NCBI RefSeq assembly: GCF_036963805.1
Contig: NZ_JBALUN010000009.1
Span: forward strand, 314-64,313
DNA: 64,000 bases
Direction: 5' to 3'
From: Parasphingorhabdus sp.
Lineage (GTDB): Bacteria; Pseudomonadota; Alphaproteobacteria; Sphingomonadales; Sphingomonadaceae
In this document: in pieces, positions 8,753 to 19,700 of the stretch
Layout of the letters: the number at the start of each line of letters is the position of its first letter
Position numbering within the stretch: the first letter of the stretch is position 1
The notes under the pieces: generated by a model
The model's input: the letters and a program-made list of their open reading frames with translations, nothing else
Databases searched by the model: none
Told to the model about the DNA's origin: nothing
Position numbers and translations under genes: made by a program

Positions 8753-10717
8753 ATGACCAAAATCCTTTGGGGGCAGATACTGGCGGTATTCAGTGTAATG
8801 ATTTTCAGTGTTTGGGCTGCCACGCAATATGCTGCCTCAAGACTGGGGTATCAGCCTGAACTTGGCGAACCGTGGTTCGCTATCATGGGGCATTCGATTT
8901 ACCCTCCACCTGCTTTTTTGTGGTGGTGGTTTGCTTTTGAGGCTTATGCACCCGACATATTCTTGCGGGCCGGGGGCATCGCTATATCAGGGGCCGGCGT
9001 TGCGATTGTTATTGCGATTTCCATGTCTGTTTGGCGCGCGAGGGAAGCCAAACGCGCTGAAACATATGGATCGGCGCGGTGGGCTGACCGGAGAGATTTA
9101 GCGCGCGCAGGATTATTTGAGCAAAGCGGCGTTATGCTGGGGCGCTTTCGCGGCCAATATCTTCGCCATGATGGACCGGAGCATGTGCTTTGTTTTGCGC
9201 CAACACGCTCGGGAAAAGGCGTTGGATTGGTTGTGCCGACATTGCTGACCTGGCCGGGCAGCGCCATCGTTCACGATATCAAAGGTGAGAATTGGGGGCT
9301 GACTGCTGGCTACCGTTCGCGTTTTGGACGGGTTCTACTGTTTGACCCCACCAATGCAGATAGTGCTGCCTATAATCCATTGCTGGAAATCAGAAGCGGT
9401 GAGAGTGAAGTGCGTGATGTCCAGAATGTGGCCGATATCCTGGTTGATCCGGAAGGCTCGCTAGAGCGGCGCAATCATTGGGAGAAAACCAGCCATGCTC
9501 TATTGGTGGGCGCGATATTGCATGTTCTTTATGCCGAACCCGACAAGACGCTTGCCGGTGTTGCGACATTCCTGTCCGATCCCAAACGACCTATTGAAGC
9601 AACGCTCAAGGTAATGATGTGTACCGCGCATCTGGGAGGTGCCGGTCCGCATCCGGTTGTGGCTTCCGCTGCGCGTGAATTGTTCAACAAGTCGGAGAAT
9701 GAACGGTCAGGCGTGTTATCGACCGCCATGTCCTTCCTGGGACTGTACCGCGATCCTGTTGTGGCGCAGGTTACGCGCTGCAGTCAGTGGAACATTTCTG
9801 ATCTTGTCGACGGTGATAATCCGGTGACGCTTTATCTGGTTGTGCCGCCGTCTGACATTAGCCGGACGAAGCCGCTCATCCGGTTGGTGCTTAATCAGAT
9901 CGGGCGGCGGCTGACCGAGGATCTGGACGGGAGCGTGAAGCGGCAGCGCTTACTATTGATGCTCGATGAGTTTCCGGCATTGGGGCGGCTGGATTTCTTT
10001 GAATCCGCTTTGGCCTTTATGGCGGGTTACGGACTAAAAGCCTTCTTGATTGCCCAATCTCTCAACCAGATCGAAAAAGCCTATGGCCCCAACAATGCGA
10101 TATTGGACAATTGCCATGTGCGGGTGAGCTTTGCGACCAATGATGAGCGCACCGCCAAGCGGGTGTCTGATGCGCTCGGCACCGCCACGGAAATGCGCGC
10201 CATGAAAAACTATGCCGGCCACCGGCTCAGTCCTTGGCTGGGTCACTTGATGGTATCGCGCTCCGAGACCGCCCGGCAATTGCTGACGCCAGGCGAGATC
10301 ATGCAACTTCCGCCCGATGATGAAATTGTGATGCTATCGGGGCTGCCCCCGATACGGGCCAAGAAAACCAAATATTACACTGATCCCGCGTTACAGGGGC
10401 GGGTTTCGCCGCCGCCGGAAGCTGAATCACCGAAAAAATGCACCGCGCATGGCGATGATTGGACATCGCTGCCCAAACCGGAACTATGGTTCATGGATGA
10501 TGAGGAACTGAGTGAGGAAGAGGCTGACAGCGATGGCGCTATCCGGCGCAACCCGGAACTCTCCGATCATGATGATATTGTTCCCAAGTCAGAACCGAAA
10601 TCCGAATTTGCCTTTGATGACAGTGAACCGGAGAGTGAAGACAGCTTGGTTCAGAGGCGCGCGTTCACTTTGGCGCGCGCTGCCAGTCTCGATCCCAATG
10701 ATGGCATCGATCTGTAG
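8753..10717 (+). CDS. traG: Type IV coupling protein TraG/VirD4
   Basis: TKILWGQI, CFAPTRSGKGVG, DIKGENW, LMLDEFPALGRL. Confidence 0.96.
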   Translation: MTKILWGQILAVFSVMIFSVWAATQYAASRLGYQPELGEPWFAIMGHSIYPPPAFLWWWFAFEAYAPDIFLRAGGIAISGAGVAIVIAISMSVWRAREAKRAETYGSARWADRRDLARAGLFEQSGVMLGRFRGQYLRHDGPEHVLCFAPTRSGKGVGLVVPTLLTWPGSAIVHDIKGENWGLTAGYRSRFGRVLLFDPTNADSAAYNPLLEIRSGESEVRDVQNVADILVDPEGSLERRNHWEKTSHALLVGAILHVLYAEPDKTLAGVATFLSDPKRPIEATLKVMMCTAHLGGAGPHPVVASAARELFNKSENERSGVLSTAMSFLGLYRDPVVAQVTRCSQWNISDLVDGDNPVTLYLVVPPSDISRTKPLIRLVLNQIGRRLTEDLDGSVKRQRLLLMLDEFPALGRLDFFESALAFMAGYGLKAFLIAQSLNQIEKAYGPNNAILDNCHVRVSFATNDERTAKRVSDALGTATEMRAMKNYAGHRLSPWLGHLMVSRSETARQLLTPGEIMQLPPDDEIVMLSGLPPIRAKKTKYYTDPALQGRVSPPPEAESPKKCTAHGDDWTSLPKPELWFMDDEELSEEEADSDGAIRRNPELSDHDDIVPKSEPKSEFAFDDSEPESEDSLVQRRAFTLARAASLDPNDGIDL

Positions 10718-10727
10718 GAGCGAAGAA

Positions 10728-11144
10728 ATGCGCATTAAACATACCATTCGTCTGCCGCCGAAACTATCATCGCATCTTGTTGACTATGCAGCGCGCAAAC
10801 GGGTTACACAGGCGCTGGTCGTTGAAACTGCGCTTGCGTCCTTCTTGTCGCCGGACAGCAGCGAACGAATGGAAGCCGCATTGACACGGCGGCTGGACCG
10901 GATGTCCCGTCAGCTCGAACGGTTGGAACGCGATGTCGAGATTGCCAATGAGGCGATATCGCTCTTTGTGCAATTCTGGCTTACCACCACGCCGCCTTTG
11001 CCCGAAAGTGAATTGAAGGCGGCGAAGATTTCGGGAAAAGCCCGTCATGCGGATTTCATTGCGGCGCTTGGTGAGCGCGTTGGCGGACATAACCGCGTTG
11101 CAAGAGATATTGAGCGACAAACCGCACCCACAGCGACCGATTGA
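10728..11144 (+). CDS. CopG/ribbon-helix-helix regulator of Tn4371-type ICEs
   Basis: VVETALASFLSPDSSERMEAALTRRLDR...FWLTTTPPLP. Confidence 0.85.
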   Translation: MRIKHTIRLPPKLSSHLVDYAARKRVTQALVVETALASFLSPDSSERMEAALTRRLDRMSRQLERLERDVEIANEAISLFVQFWLTTTPPLPESELKAAKISGKARHADFIAALGERVGGHNRVARDIERQTAPTATD

Positions 11145-11172
11145 TTGCTGCATTTCAGTTCGGCCGTATTCT

Positions 11173-11237
11173 ATGACCGCTTTGCGCCCTAGTTTCGGAC
11201 CTTCCGATGGAGTCCGCTAGATCCCGAAAGCCGACAT
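11173..11237. repeat. Imperfect palindromic intergenic element at the left edge of the cargo block
   Basis: ATGACCGCTTTGCGCCC...CGGACC followed by GTCCGCT-N10-AGCCGACAT. Confidence 0.5.
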
Positions 11238-11256
11238 AAGGCACCGCTCAAAAACC

Positions 11257-12018
11257 TCACTTCAAATGATCAAGCTTACCCAGCGACGAAGCGCGCAGGG
11301 CGGCGGTTACACGGTTGTCCACTTCCAGTTTCCTGAAGGCGCGTTCGAGATAGGTGATAACCGAGCTTTCCGAGAGACCCAGAATGTCGGCTATCACTCC
11401 GTTGCTCTTGCCTTGCGCCACCCATGACAAGATTTCTTTTTCGCGTCGCGATAGTTTGGCCGGGTCAGGAAGCTCCTGCATTAGCAGGTCGCAATATTTC
11501 AAATGGGCGAATTGGCAGCAGCTTTGAATCAAGTGAATTTCGCTATCAGCGATGACCGATCGGCCTATTTTGAAGCCCAAAGACACATAACCGTTTCGCC
11601 CGTTGGGGCCGAAGACCGGCACGTTTATTCCATCATCTACCCTGCTCGCAGCGTAGTCGAGATAAGCTTGCTCTTCATCATTCAGGCGACTGGTATATTC
11701 AATTTCGCGCCATTTTTGTGCCTTTGTGCCCGACATGACCAGTTGAATGGTCGGGTCGATGCCAATCGAACTCGCCGCCTCAAATCGTTCGACAAGCTCC
11801 TTTGGAAGGCCCAGACATACAACATTCACGCCGACATTCTCACCTGCACCTATATGCGGCAGGTGATGGTAAGCCATCGCCTTGATCTCCAGCTTGGCAG
11901 CTGTGCGCAGGCAAAGCGTGTTAAGGCCCGAAAACGTCAGGCAGCGCCCGACGTCGGCCAAAAATTCTGCGGTCAATGATACGACATCTGTATGGGGTTT
12001 TACTGACGGATCGCGCAT
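11257..12018 (-). CDS. LuxR-family regulator (autoinducer-binding domain + HTH), no luxI in window
   Basis: IDP, VPVFGPNG, LSRREKEILSWVAQGKSNGVIADILGLSESSV. Confidence 0.9.
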   Translation of the reverse strand: MRDPSVKPHTDVVSLTAEFLADVGRCLTFSGLNTLCLRTAAKLEIKAMAYHHLPHIGAGENVGVNVVCLGLPKELVERFEAASSIGIDPTIQLVMSGTKAQKWREIEYTSRLNDEEQAYLDYAASRVDDGINVPVFGPNGRNGYVSLGFKIGRSVIADSEIHLIQSCCQFAHLKYCDLLMQELPDPAKLSRREKEILSWVAQGKSNGVIADILGLSESSVITYLERAFRKLEVDNRVTAALRASSLGKLDHLK

Positions 12019-12239
12019 TCAGAAGCTCTAACCGGACTGAGGCAGAATTGAAATAGCGGCGAGTATCGGCAATTGCCTGCGAACAACCAGTAATGGTCAT
12101 CACCTCTTAGAATGTCGGAAGATTGCAGGACATTGGTTATTCCTATCTTGTGGTATGATAAGGTGAAAGAGGCCGCTGTGATCACTTGGCGCAAATTCGG
12201 CAGTTGATTTTGGACGGCGCAAGAAAGGGAGACAGCGAT

Positions 12240-12629
12240 ATGATTGCATCTAGATGGGCAGCCTTTTCAGCTACATTTGCAGCTTTTGGCATTTTTGCGC
12301 AATCCGCATCCGCACAATATGCGCCTGACCGCTATGGCTATTGCCAGCAACGCGCGGCGGCGATTTCCGGTTATCGCGGACCGGTGCCAGATCGGTATCT
12401 TCCCGGCGGAGTCCTGGATGGTGCTGCCAGAGGTGCCGCAGTTTCGGGCATCGGCGGACTGATTTTCGAAAAGGACAAGAAAAAACGGAAACGCAATGTC
12501 CGGCGCGGCGCGGCAATTGGTGCCATTGTCGGTGCCATCAAGCGCGGCAATGCGAAAAAGAAACAGCGCCGGGCGGCGCGCCTTTATAGACTGGAACTGG
12601 ACGCATGTATGCGCGGAGGAAGATATTGA
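12240..12629 (+). CDS. Secreted glycine-zipper protein
   Basis: Signal peptide, GAARGAAVSGIGG and GAAIGAIVGAI, two Cys. Confidence 0.7.
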   Translation: MIASRWAAFSATFAAFGIFAQSASAQYAPDRYGYCQQRAAAISGYRGPVPDRYLPGGVLDGAARGAAVSGIGGLIFEKDKKKRKRNVRRGAAIGAIVGAIKRGNAKKKQRRAARLYRLELDACMRGGRY

Positions 12630-12631
12630 TC

Positions 12632-12985
12632 ATGTTTTATTTCACAAATTTTCACAAATCCATGGCCGCCGCAATCGCCGCATCGGCCCTGTTTATCTCA
12701 CCCTTGCAAGCGCAGGAGGAAACGGAAGAAGCCAACCCATATGGCCTTTCCTCGGCCGAGTCTGTCGATCTGAAAGCTTTAACCTGCTGGGATGTTGTGA
12801 CGCTCGCCGAAGAAGACCGCGCTTTCACTATGACGATGCTTTACGGCTATGTAATGGGCACGCAGGGAAAATCGGAAATAAAACCACGGGACATTCAGGT
12901 GGCGATTGTGACCACCATGACCAAATGCGTTGATACGCCCGACGCAAAAGTGCTGGATGTGCTGAAAGAGCAGATGTCGCATTGA
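12632..12985 (+). CDS. HdeA/HdeB-like periplasmic chaperone
   Basis: Signal peptide; TCWD...KCVDTPDAKVLD two-Cys pattern. Confidence 0.6.
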   Translation: MFYFTNFHKSMAAAIAASALFISPLQAQEETEEANPYGLSSAESVDLKALTCWDVVTLAEEDRAFTMTMLYGYVMGTQGKSEIKPRDIQVAIVTTMTKCVDTPDAKVLDVLKEQMSH

Positions 12986-13498
12986 TCAGGCGGCAGCAAG
13001 CGCCAGATAAATCTGATTGGCAAATAACAACGCAAAGGCAGCAGCCGCGCCCACAAGGCCGCGAACGAAGCGTTTGCGCTTGCTTTCGCGCAGTTCCGAT
13101 ATTTTCAAAAGCTCATAGGCAACCTCGTCAATTGGATCGCATTCTCTGGCAGCTTTGATCAAATTCTCCGCCGAGCCATAGCGTTCGGGATGCAGGAAGA
13201 ATACATGCGTCCGGTACTCCTCTTGCCCATCGGAACCGACCGTCTTGCGCGCAGGATATAGAACATATCCGAACAATGCGATTGGCAATATGACAATCAG
13301 CCATGCGATAACGACATTGGTGAGGCCAATATTGGTGTCTTGCGTCAGGGCATTGCCAATCTGCCCGATGACGTTGAGCGCGAAAATATACCCGACACCC
13401 ACAATCTGAGCCTTGGTATCATAGGCGCGGACGGAATTTTGTGCCTCATCAAGACTGTCTTTCAACAGGCTGAATATCTCGTTGCTCGCTTTGGCCAT
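12986..13498 (-). CDS. Pycsar effector-family (PycTM-like) membrane protein
   Basis: VRAYDTKAQI + TM + TM + YELLKISELRESKRK + TM architecture. Confidence 0.6.
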   Translation of the reverse strand: MAKASNEIFSLLKDSLDEAQNSVRAYDTKAQIVGVGYIFALNVIGQIGNALTQDTNIGLTNVVIAWLIVILPIALFGYVLYPARKTVGSDGQEEYRTHVFFLHPERYGSAENLIKAARECDPIDEVAYELLKISELRESKRKRFVRGLVGAAAAFALLFANQIYLALAAA

Positions 13499-13519
13499 GG
13501 ACGATTGTTATCCTTTTTT

Positions 13520-14101
13520 TCACTGGGGAGGAAATTTTGCCAGAATAACGCGTACATCGGCTGCTGCGGTTTCCTGTTCGCCGGACAATTCTCTGCTGCT
13601 CAATGTCTTCGTTCCTTTCCCGTGCCAGACAGGGCTGCGGCGTGCTACATCATATATGTCCACCGAAAGCGTGCCTTCGGTATAGTCTCTGACGACGGTT
13701 CGTGTCGGTGTGATGTTTCTCTGTATTGTCGGGAAATGGGGGTTACCCCAAGCCCAATCGAGTCGGTTCTGCCAAAAATAGTCCGGAATCTCGGTGGTTT
13801 TCGTTCCGTCTCTTGTGCCGATTGTAAAGGAAACGGCAAAATCGGCCGCTTTGACATCATCGGTAAACTGATAACCTCGCGCTGTGAGTTCGCTCTTTAT
13901 GGACTGCGCCACCCGAGATTGCACAATGGCCGGGATATTGCGGTTACCGAAAGAGACCATGGGTTCCTCCCCGGCCCAGGCGAATGTCCTATAGGCGGCG
14001 AAATTCTGGGATGGGTCGCTATCTGTAGTAATACGACCAGTGGTCGCACACCCCGCCAGAAAAAGGGAGCCTACTACCAGCGCTGCACTAAATTTTCTCA
14101 T
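13520..14101 (-). CDS. DUF4136 lipoprotein
   Basis: LAGC lipobox; FAAYRTFAW; YTEGTLSVDIYDVARRSPVWHG. Confidence 0.85.
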   Translation of the reverse strand: MRKFSAALVVGSLFLAGCATTGRITTDSDPSQNFAAYRTFAWAGEEPMVSFGNRNIPAIVQSRVAQSIKSELTARGYQFTDDVKAADFAVSFTIGTRDGTKTTEIPDYFWQNRLDWAWGNPHFPTIQRNITPTRTVVRDYTEGTLSVDIYDVARRSPVWHGKGTKTLSSRELSGEQETAAADVRVILAKFPPQ

Positions 14102-14126
14102 ATCTTCCTCCTAAAAAAATGCCGGA

Positions 14127-15344
14127 TCACACTGACAGAAAAAACTGTATCAAGAACGAATTGGCGACATCGACAAAGAATGCACCGACCAGCGGTACGA
14201 TAATAAAGGCCGTGGGGGCCGGACCGTGCGATTTGGCAACGGCGGACATATTGGCAATGGCGGTTGGCGTTGCACCAAGGCAGAAACCGGCAAAGCCAGC
14301 GCTCAAAACGGCGGCAAAATAATTGCGGCCCATCACCGGAAAAACCACGAACAGGATAAAGAGCACTGCAACAGCCACCTGCGCAAACAGCAGGATAAAC
14401 AAAGGCCCCGCCAGATCGGCCACAGCCCAGAGCTGCATCCCCATTAGCGACATGGCAATGAAGAGCCCTAGCGAGAAATCCGAAATGACAGCAAGCGCGC
14501 GGCTTTCGGCTGGCCAGGAGATGTTTTTGAAAAGCGCCGGGACGCTATTTGTCATCAATATGGCGACCATCATGCAGGACACGAAAAGCGGTAGCTTCAA
14601 TTGGGCGGCCATCAGAGCCTCATTGAGCATATAGCCAAATATCATGGCGACATGGATGACCAGCATCGAGCTCATGATACCCAGATGGGTAACTGTTGCC
14701 GTATCCTCTTTTGCATATTCGACGCCGACCAGCAGATCGCCGTCTTCCGTCGATTCCAGCTTGTTTCTGGCAAGCAGGAATTTGGCTATCGGTCCGCCAA
14801 TCAGGCTTGCAACCACCAGGCCGATTGTCGCAGCAGCAACCCCGATTTCGAGCGCATTGGCTATGCCTTGCTGTTCGGCAATGGCGGGTGCCCAGGCAAT
14901 CGCCGTTCCATGCCCGCCCGCGAGCGAAGCAGAACCAACAAGCACACCTATGCCGCCAGGCTGACCGATTGCCAATGCACTGGCCACACCAACAATATCC
15001 TGAATAGCGAGGTAGCCTAGCGTTAACGCAAGTAAGAGCAGCAGCGGTTTGCCGCCGGATAGAAGCTGCGCAAACCGGGCATTTATGCCGATGGCCGTGA
15101 AAAAATAGATGAGCAATACATCACGAACATAGAGATCGTAGCTAAGCTCCCAGCCGGTTGTAGCGTAGATCAGCAAGGCGGCGATCGAGGCAAAAATACC
15201 GCCTGTAACCGGCTCGGGGATATTGTATTTTTGCAGGAACGCGCTGCGGGCCGTTACCTTGATACCAGCAAACAAAACAACAAAGCCGAGCGTGAGAGCA
15301 ATGAAGCTGTCAATCTCAATAATATTGCCTTCCAGAAAATTCAT
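14127..15344 (-). CDS. gltS: Sodium/glutamate symporter
   Basis: YNIPEPVTGG, SLAGGHGTAIAW, GATPTAIANM. Confidence 0.92.
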   Translation of the reverse strand: MNFLEGNIIEIDSFIALTLGFVVLFAGIKVTARSAFLQKYNIPEPVTGGIFASIAALLIYATTGWELSYDLYVRDVLLIYFFTAIGINARFAQLLSGGKPLLLLLALTLGYLAIQDIVGVASALAIGQPGGIGVLVGSASLAGGHGTAIAWAPAIAEQQGIANALEIGVAAATIGLVVASLIGGPIAKFLLARNKLESTEDGDLLVGVEYAKEDTATVTHLGIMSSMLVIHVAMIFGYMLNEALMAAQLKLPLFVSCMMVAILMTNSVPALFKNISWPAESRALAVISDFSLGLFIAMSLMGMQLWAVADLAGPLFILLFAQVAVAVLFILFVVFPVMGRNYFAAVLSAGFAGFCLGATPTAIANMSAVAKSHGPAPTAFIIVPLVGAFFVDVANSFLIQFFLSV

Positions 15345-16792
15345 TCGACCGCTTCATCCTTTGGCTCAGGAGGAGCAATCACTCTCCAGTTTCCGCCCAG
15401 CGCGAGGTTGATTTCCAGATACTGGTTCAGCTGCGCGCGCTTGAGAGCCAGTAAGTTGCTTTGCGCGCCAAAGAGCCGCTGCTGCACCGAAAGCAGGTCG
15501 ATCAGGTCGATCTCGCCTTCCTTGTATTGCAGGTTGGAAAGGCGCAGAGCGTTTTCTGTTTCCTTAGTAGCGGTTTCAAGCGCGATCCGGCGGCGACCAA
15601 GGAAAACACCGCGATCAAGAGCCGTTTCGACTTCGGTGAACGCCTTGATTGCGGCATCGGCATAAAGGGCGACCGTTGCCTCAACATCAGCATCGGCAAT
15701 ATCGACCTGTGCATCCCTTCTGCCATTGTCAAAGATCGGCGCGAGAATGTTGCTGGCCAGCGTCCAGACGATATTGGCCGGGTCCAGAATATTGCCCAAA
15801 TCGGTTGACGATGTGCCTAATGTGCTGGTGAGGCTAAAGCTGGGCAAGCGCGCAGCTTCTGATACCTTCCGATTGTTAATCGCGGCAGCGATATTGCGCT
15901 CCGCCGCGATAATATCTGGCCTTCGCTGCAATAGTTCGGAAGGAAGACCCTCGCCGGGTGGCGCTGGAACAGCAGGAAGCGCGTTCGGTGTTTTCAAATC
16001 TGCGCCGGGATAGCGGCCCAACAGCCCCTCCAGTGCGCGTAAGGCTTCCAGCTTGCCATTCTTGGCCGTCTGCAGCGTATCCACCGAGGTCGCAAAATCG
16101 GATTCCGTCAGCGAAACGTCATAAGCTGATGCAAAGCCATAGCGATAGCGCAAGCGAACAATACGGCGGATTTCCGTGAGTGCATCAACAATGCCCTGCG
16201 CGACTTCAACCTGCTGCTCGGCCTCGATCACCAGAAAATAGGATTGTGCAACGGCAGCCGCTATCGAATATTGCGAAAAGAGATAATCCGCCTCTGCAAC
16301 ACGCGCGCTTTCAATTGCCGCTTGCTGTCCTGCTTCGATACGCCCCCAGACATCGATTTCCCAATTGGCCTGAAGCCCGGCCGAGAATGATGTGATGCCA
16401 CTATTTTCGAACGACTGGTTGCGCTGAACACCGCCGGACGCATCGACCGAGGGAAGCTTTGCCGAGCCGGCCTGACGTATGACAGCGCGGGCGCGGCGGA
16501 CGTTTGCTGCAGCCGCTTGCAAATTGCGGTTGTTCGCCATTGCTTCTTCCACAAGTTCCATAAGCTGCGGGTCGTTAAACTCTGCGATCCAGCCGGGGCG
16601 GACGTCGCCGACCTTCTCGCGGATGGAAGTCCAGTCGGCTGGTTGGACCGGCAAGCTTGCTTGCGCCGAAGTGGCCGTTTCCGCGTCTGTCGCCGGTTTG
16701 ATGGTGGCGCATCCACCAACGGCCAGCGCCCCCAATGTCAGCGCGGCGAGGCCAGAGCGCGAGAAAGATTTCGAGAAAGCGGACTGTTTCAT
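15341..16792 (-). CDS. TolC/NodT outer-membrane efflux lipoprotein
   Basis: VGGC lipobox; PSELLQRRPDIIAAE; EINLALGGNW. Confidence 0.92.
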   Translation of the reverse strand: MKQSAFSKSFSRSGLAALTLGALAVGGCATIKPATDAETATSAQASLPVQPADWTSIREKVGDVRPGWIAEFNDPQLMELVEEAMANNRNLQAAAANVRRARAVIRQAGSAKLPSVDASGGVQRNQSFENSGITSFSAGLQANWEIDVWGRIEAGQQAAIESARVAEADYLFSQYSIAAAVAQSYFLVIEAEQQVEVAQGIVDALTEIRRIVRLRYRYGFASAYDVSLTESDFATSVDTLQTAKNGKLEALRALEGLLGRYPGADLKTPNALPAVPAPPGEGLPSELLQRRPDIIAAERNIAAAINNRKVSEAARLPSFSLTSTLGTSSTDLGNILDPANIVWTLASNILAPIFDNGRRDAQVDIADADVEATVALYADAAIKAFTEVETALDRGVFLGRRRIALETATKETENALRLSNLQYKEGEIDLIDLLSVQQRLFGAQSNLLALKRAQLNQYLEINLALGGNWRVIAPPEPKDEAVE

Positions 16793-19700
16793 GATGCTGC
16801 ACTCTCTTCCGCTTTGATGCGGAAAAACATGGAGTAGAAGACCGGAACAACAACAAGCGTCAGCAGCGTCGCGAAGGTAAGACCGAAGACCAGTACGACG
16901 GCCATCGATTTGAAAAAGGCATCAAAGAAAAGCGGGATCACGCCAAGCACCGTGGTAAGCGAACCCATCATCACTGGACGGACACGGCTGGTAGCGGAGT
17001 CAATCACTGCATCAAATCGCGGTTTGCCCTCTCGTATCTCCAAATCCATCTGGTCCACGAGGACGATGGCATTTTTAATCAGCAGCCCGGACAGCGATAG
17101 CAGCCCAAGGATAGCCATGAACTCCATCGCGGTGCCGGTTGCCAATAGTCCGAACACCACGCCGATCAGCGACAGCGGAACAGTCAACCAGATGATCAGC
17201 GGCTGCTTGATCGCGTTGAATAGCACTACAACGACGAGAACCATGGCGAGGAAACCCATTGGCAATGTGCTTGCCAGACTACCGTTTGCTTCCGCGCTAT
17301 CACCAGATTCGCCATTCCATTTGAAGCTATAGCCTTCGGGCAAATCTATGGCTTCTATGTCGGGGCGCAGTCGTTCCTGCAATTCGCCCGCCAATTCGCC
17401 GGGTAGCGGGTCACTCTGCGCATTGATCGTCCAGACACGGTCCACACGGCGCAGGCGCGAATTGGTCCAGACTGTTTCAAACCTGTCGACCACTTCAAGT
17501 ATCGGAACGGATTTGCCAGTCGTGGAGCTGGTAATCTGAATACCGCGCAGCGCATTTGCATCCAGCCGCTCACGCTCTGGCGCACGTGCGATGATACGGA
17601 TCAGCTGATCGCCATCGCGATAGACGCCCACATCGCGGCCAGAGAAATTGGCGCGCAACGCATTGGCAAGGTCTTCGCGTGAAACACCCAGCCGCCTGCC
17701 GCTTTCGCCATTATAAACCGGCTGGATAACGCTCACCGGTTGCCGCCAGTCATCCTTGATGGAAATCGCGCCGCCATCCTTGGCCATGATGGCCTTTGCC
17801 TTGTCTGCAAGCAGGCGAAGGACAGTGGGGTCAGGTCCGGAAAATTCCGCCTCGATTTTCGAGCCGCCGCCGGGGCCAAGCTGGAATTGCCATACCTTCG
17901 CCTGTGCATCGGGATAGTTGGCATCAATATGTTGCTGTATCTTGGGCAGGATACCTGCGATCAGATCATAGTCATCGACCTTGATCAGAAATTGGCCATA
18001 GGCGGAACTTGGTGACTCTGGACTATAGACCAGCATGTAGCGCAGAGTTCCCATGCCCACGAGGGTCTGGACGTCCTTCACGCCATCCAGTTTTGATACG
18101 AACGTCTCCAGCTTCGCCATTTGCGCGTCGGTCTTGGCCAGCGCAGTTCCTTCAGGCTGTGAGAAATCGACAACAATCTGAGGTGAGGTTGAAGGTGGGA
18201 AAAAGCCGGGTTTCACCATGCTGAAGCTCAATACCGAGAGCACGAATAATCCAGCCACAACCATCACAGTTAGCTTGGACTTGCCAAGCACAAAGCGCAT
18301 GAATTTCTTATAGCGCACAAAGAAAGGATGCTCCGGTTTTTCCTCGATCTCGCCATCTTTCGCTTCGGGGAAGAGAATATCGGCGAAGAGCGGCACGGCG
18401 GTAATCGCAAAAATCCAGCTGAACAGCAGCGAGACCATCACGACCCAGAACAGGTCTCCCGTAAATTCAGCCGTCGACCCCGGCGCAAAGCCAATAGGCG
18501 CGAAAGCAATAATACCAACCAGCGTGCCGCCCAGCAGCGGCCATCTGGTGCGCCTGACAATATCCTTGGCAATATCGAGCTTCTTTTGCCCTTGCTGCGT
18601 GCCGACCAATATACCCTCGGTCACCACAATCGCATTGTCCACCAGCATACCCAGCGCGATAATCAGCGCGCCGAGCGAGATGCGGTGCATCGGAATATCG
18701 ATGAAATACATGGTGCCCAGCGTCGCTGCGATGGTGAGCAGCAGGACAGCACCGATCACAATTGCAGAGCGCAATCCCATAAAGAAGAATAACGTCACAA
18801 GAACGATCAGCAGGGCAACCACAACATTGATCGCAAAGTCGGCGACTGCCGTTTCAACTATCTTCCCCTGATGGTAATATTCATGCACTTCGATGCCGAC
18901 AGGGCGCAGCGATTTTGTCTCTTCGAGCTTGGCGTCAATGCCCTTACCCATCTTGGCGACATTCGCGCCAGAAATATTGGAAATGCCAATCGCGATGGCC
19001 GGTTTGCCGTTAAAGCGGATAATCATGCTCGGCGGATCGACATAGTCCCGTGTAACGCTTGCAACATCGCGAAGATAAACAATGCGGCCAGACGTAGCAG
19101 TTGAAACAACCAGATTCTTGATCGCATCAACAGACTGTATCTCGCCGGTTGGCTGAAATTTCAGGCGGCGGTCGCCGAGTTTGATGTCTCCAGCAGGCAC
19201 AACCGAATTTTGCTTGGCAAGGTCGCCGTAAATCTGATCAACCGAGACGCCCAGCGCATTGGCCTGCTCGCGGGAAATTTCGACATAGATTGCCTCTTGC
19301 CGCATGCCCAGCGGCTGGACTTTGGCGACATCTTCAACGGAAAGCAGGTCGGTGCGCAGTGCTCTGACATATTCATATAGCTCGGCTGGCGAAAACCCGT
19401 CGCCAGTGACGAGATAGTAAAGCCCGTAAACATCCCCAAAATCATCATTGACCTGAGATGGTTCAGCGCCCGGCGGGAGCCTGTTCTGGACATCATTCAC
19501 CTTGTTGCGTAGCTTGCTCCAGATCAGCGCCAGGTCCGATTTTTCAGGAGAGAAACGATAGCGAATATCGACGCTTATCTCTGACCGTCCAGCCGAAGAA
19601 ACCGAACGTATCTCTTTCACTTCCTGCATTTGCTGGACTGCGCTTTCCAGCGTCTCGGTCACTTCATTGGCTACTTCTTCGGGTGTTGCGCCGGGATATT

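Noticed and set aside
12986-13498. A complete Pycsar defence system
   Set aside because: No cyclase gene in the window; only the effector-like fold is supported.
13340-14203. 287-aa plus-strand ORF
   Set aside because: Antisense shadow of the DUF4136 and PycTM-like genes; Cys-rich with no recognisable motif.
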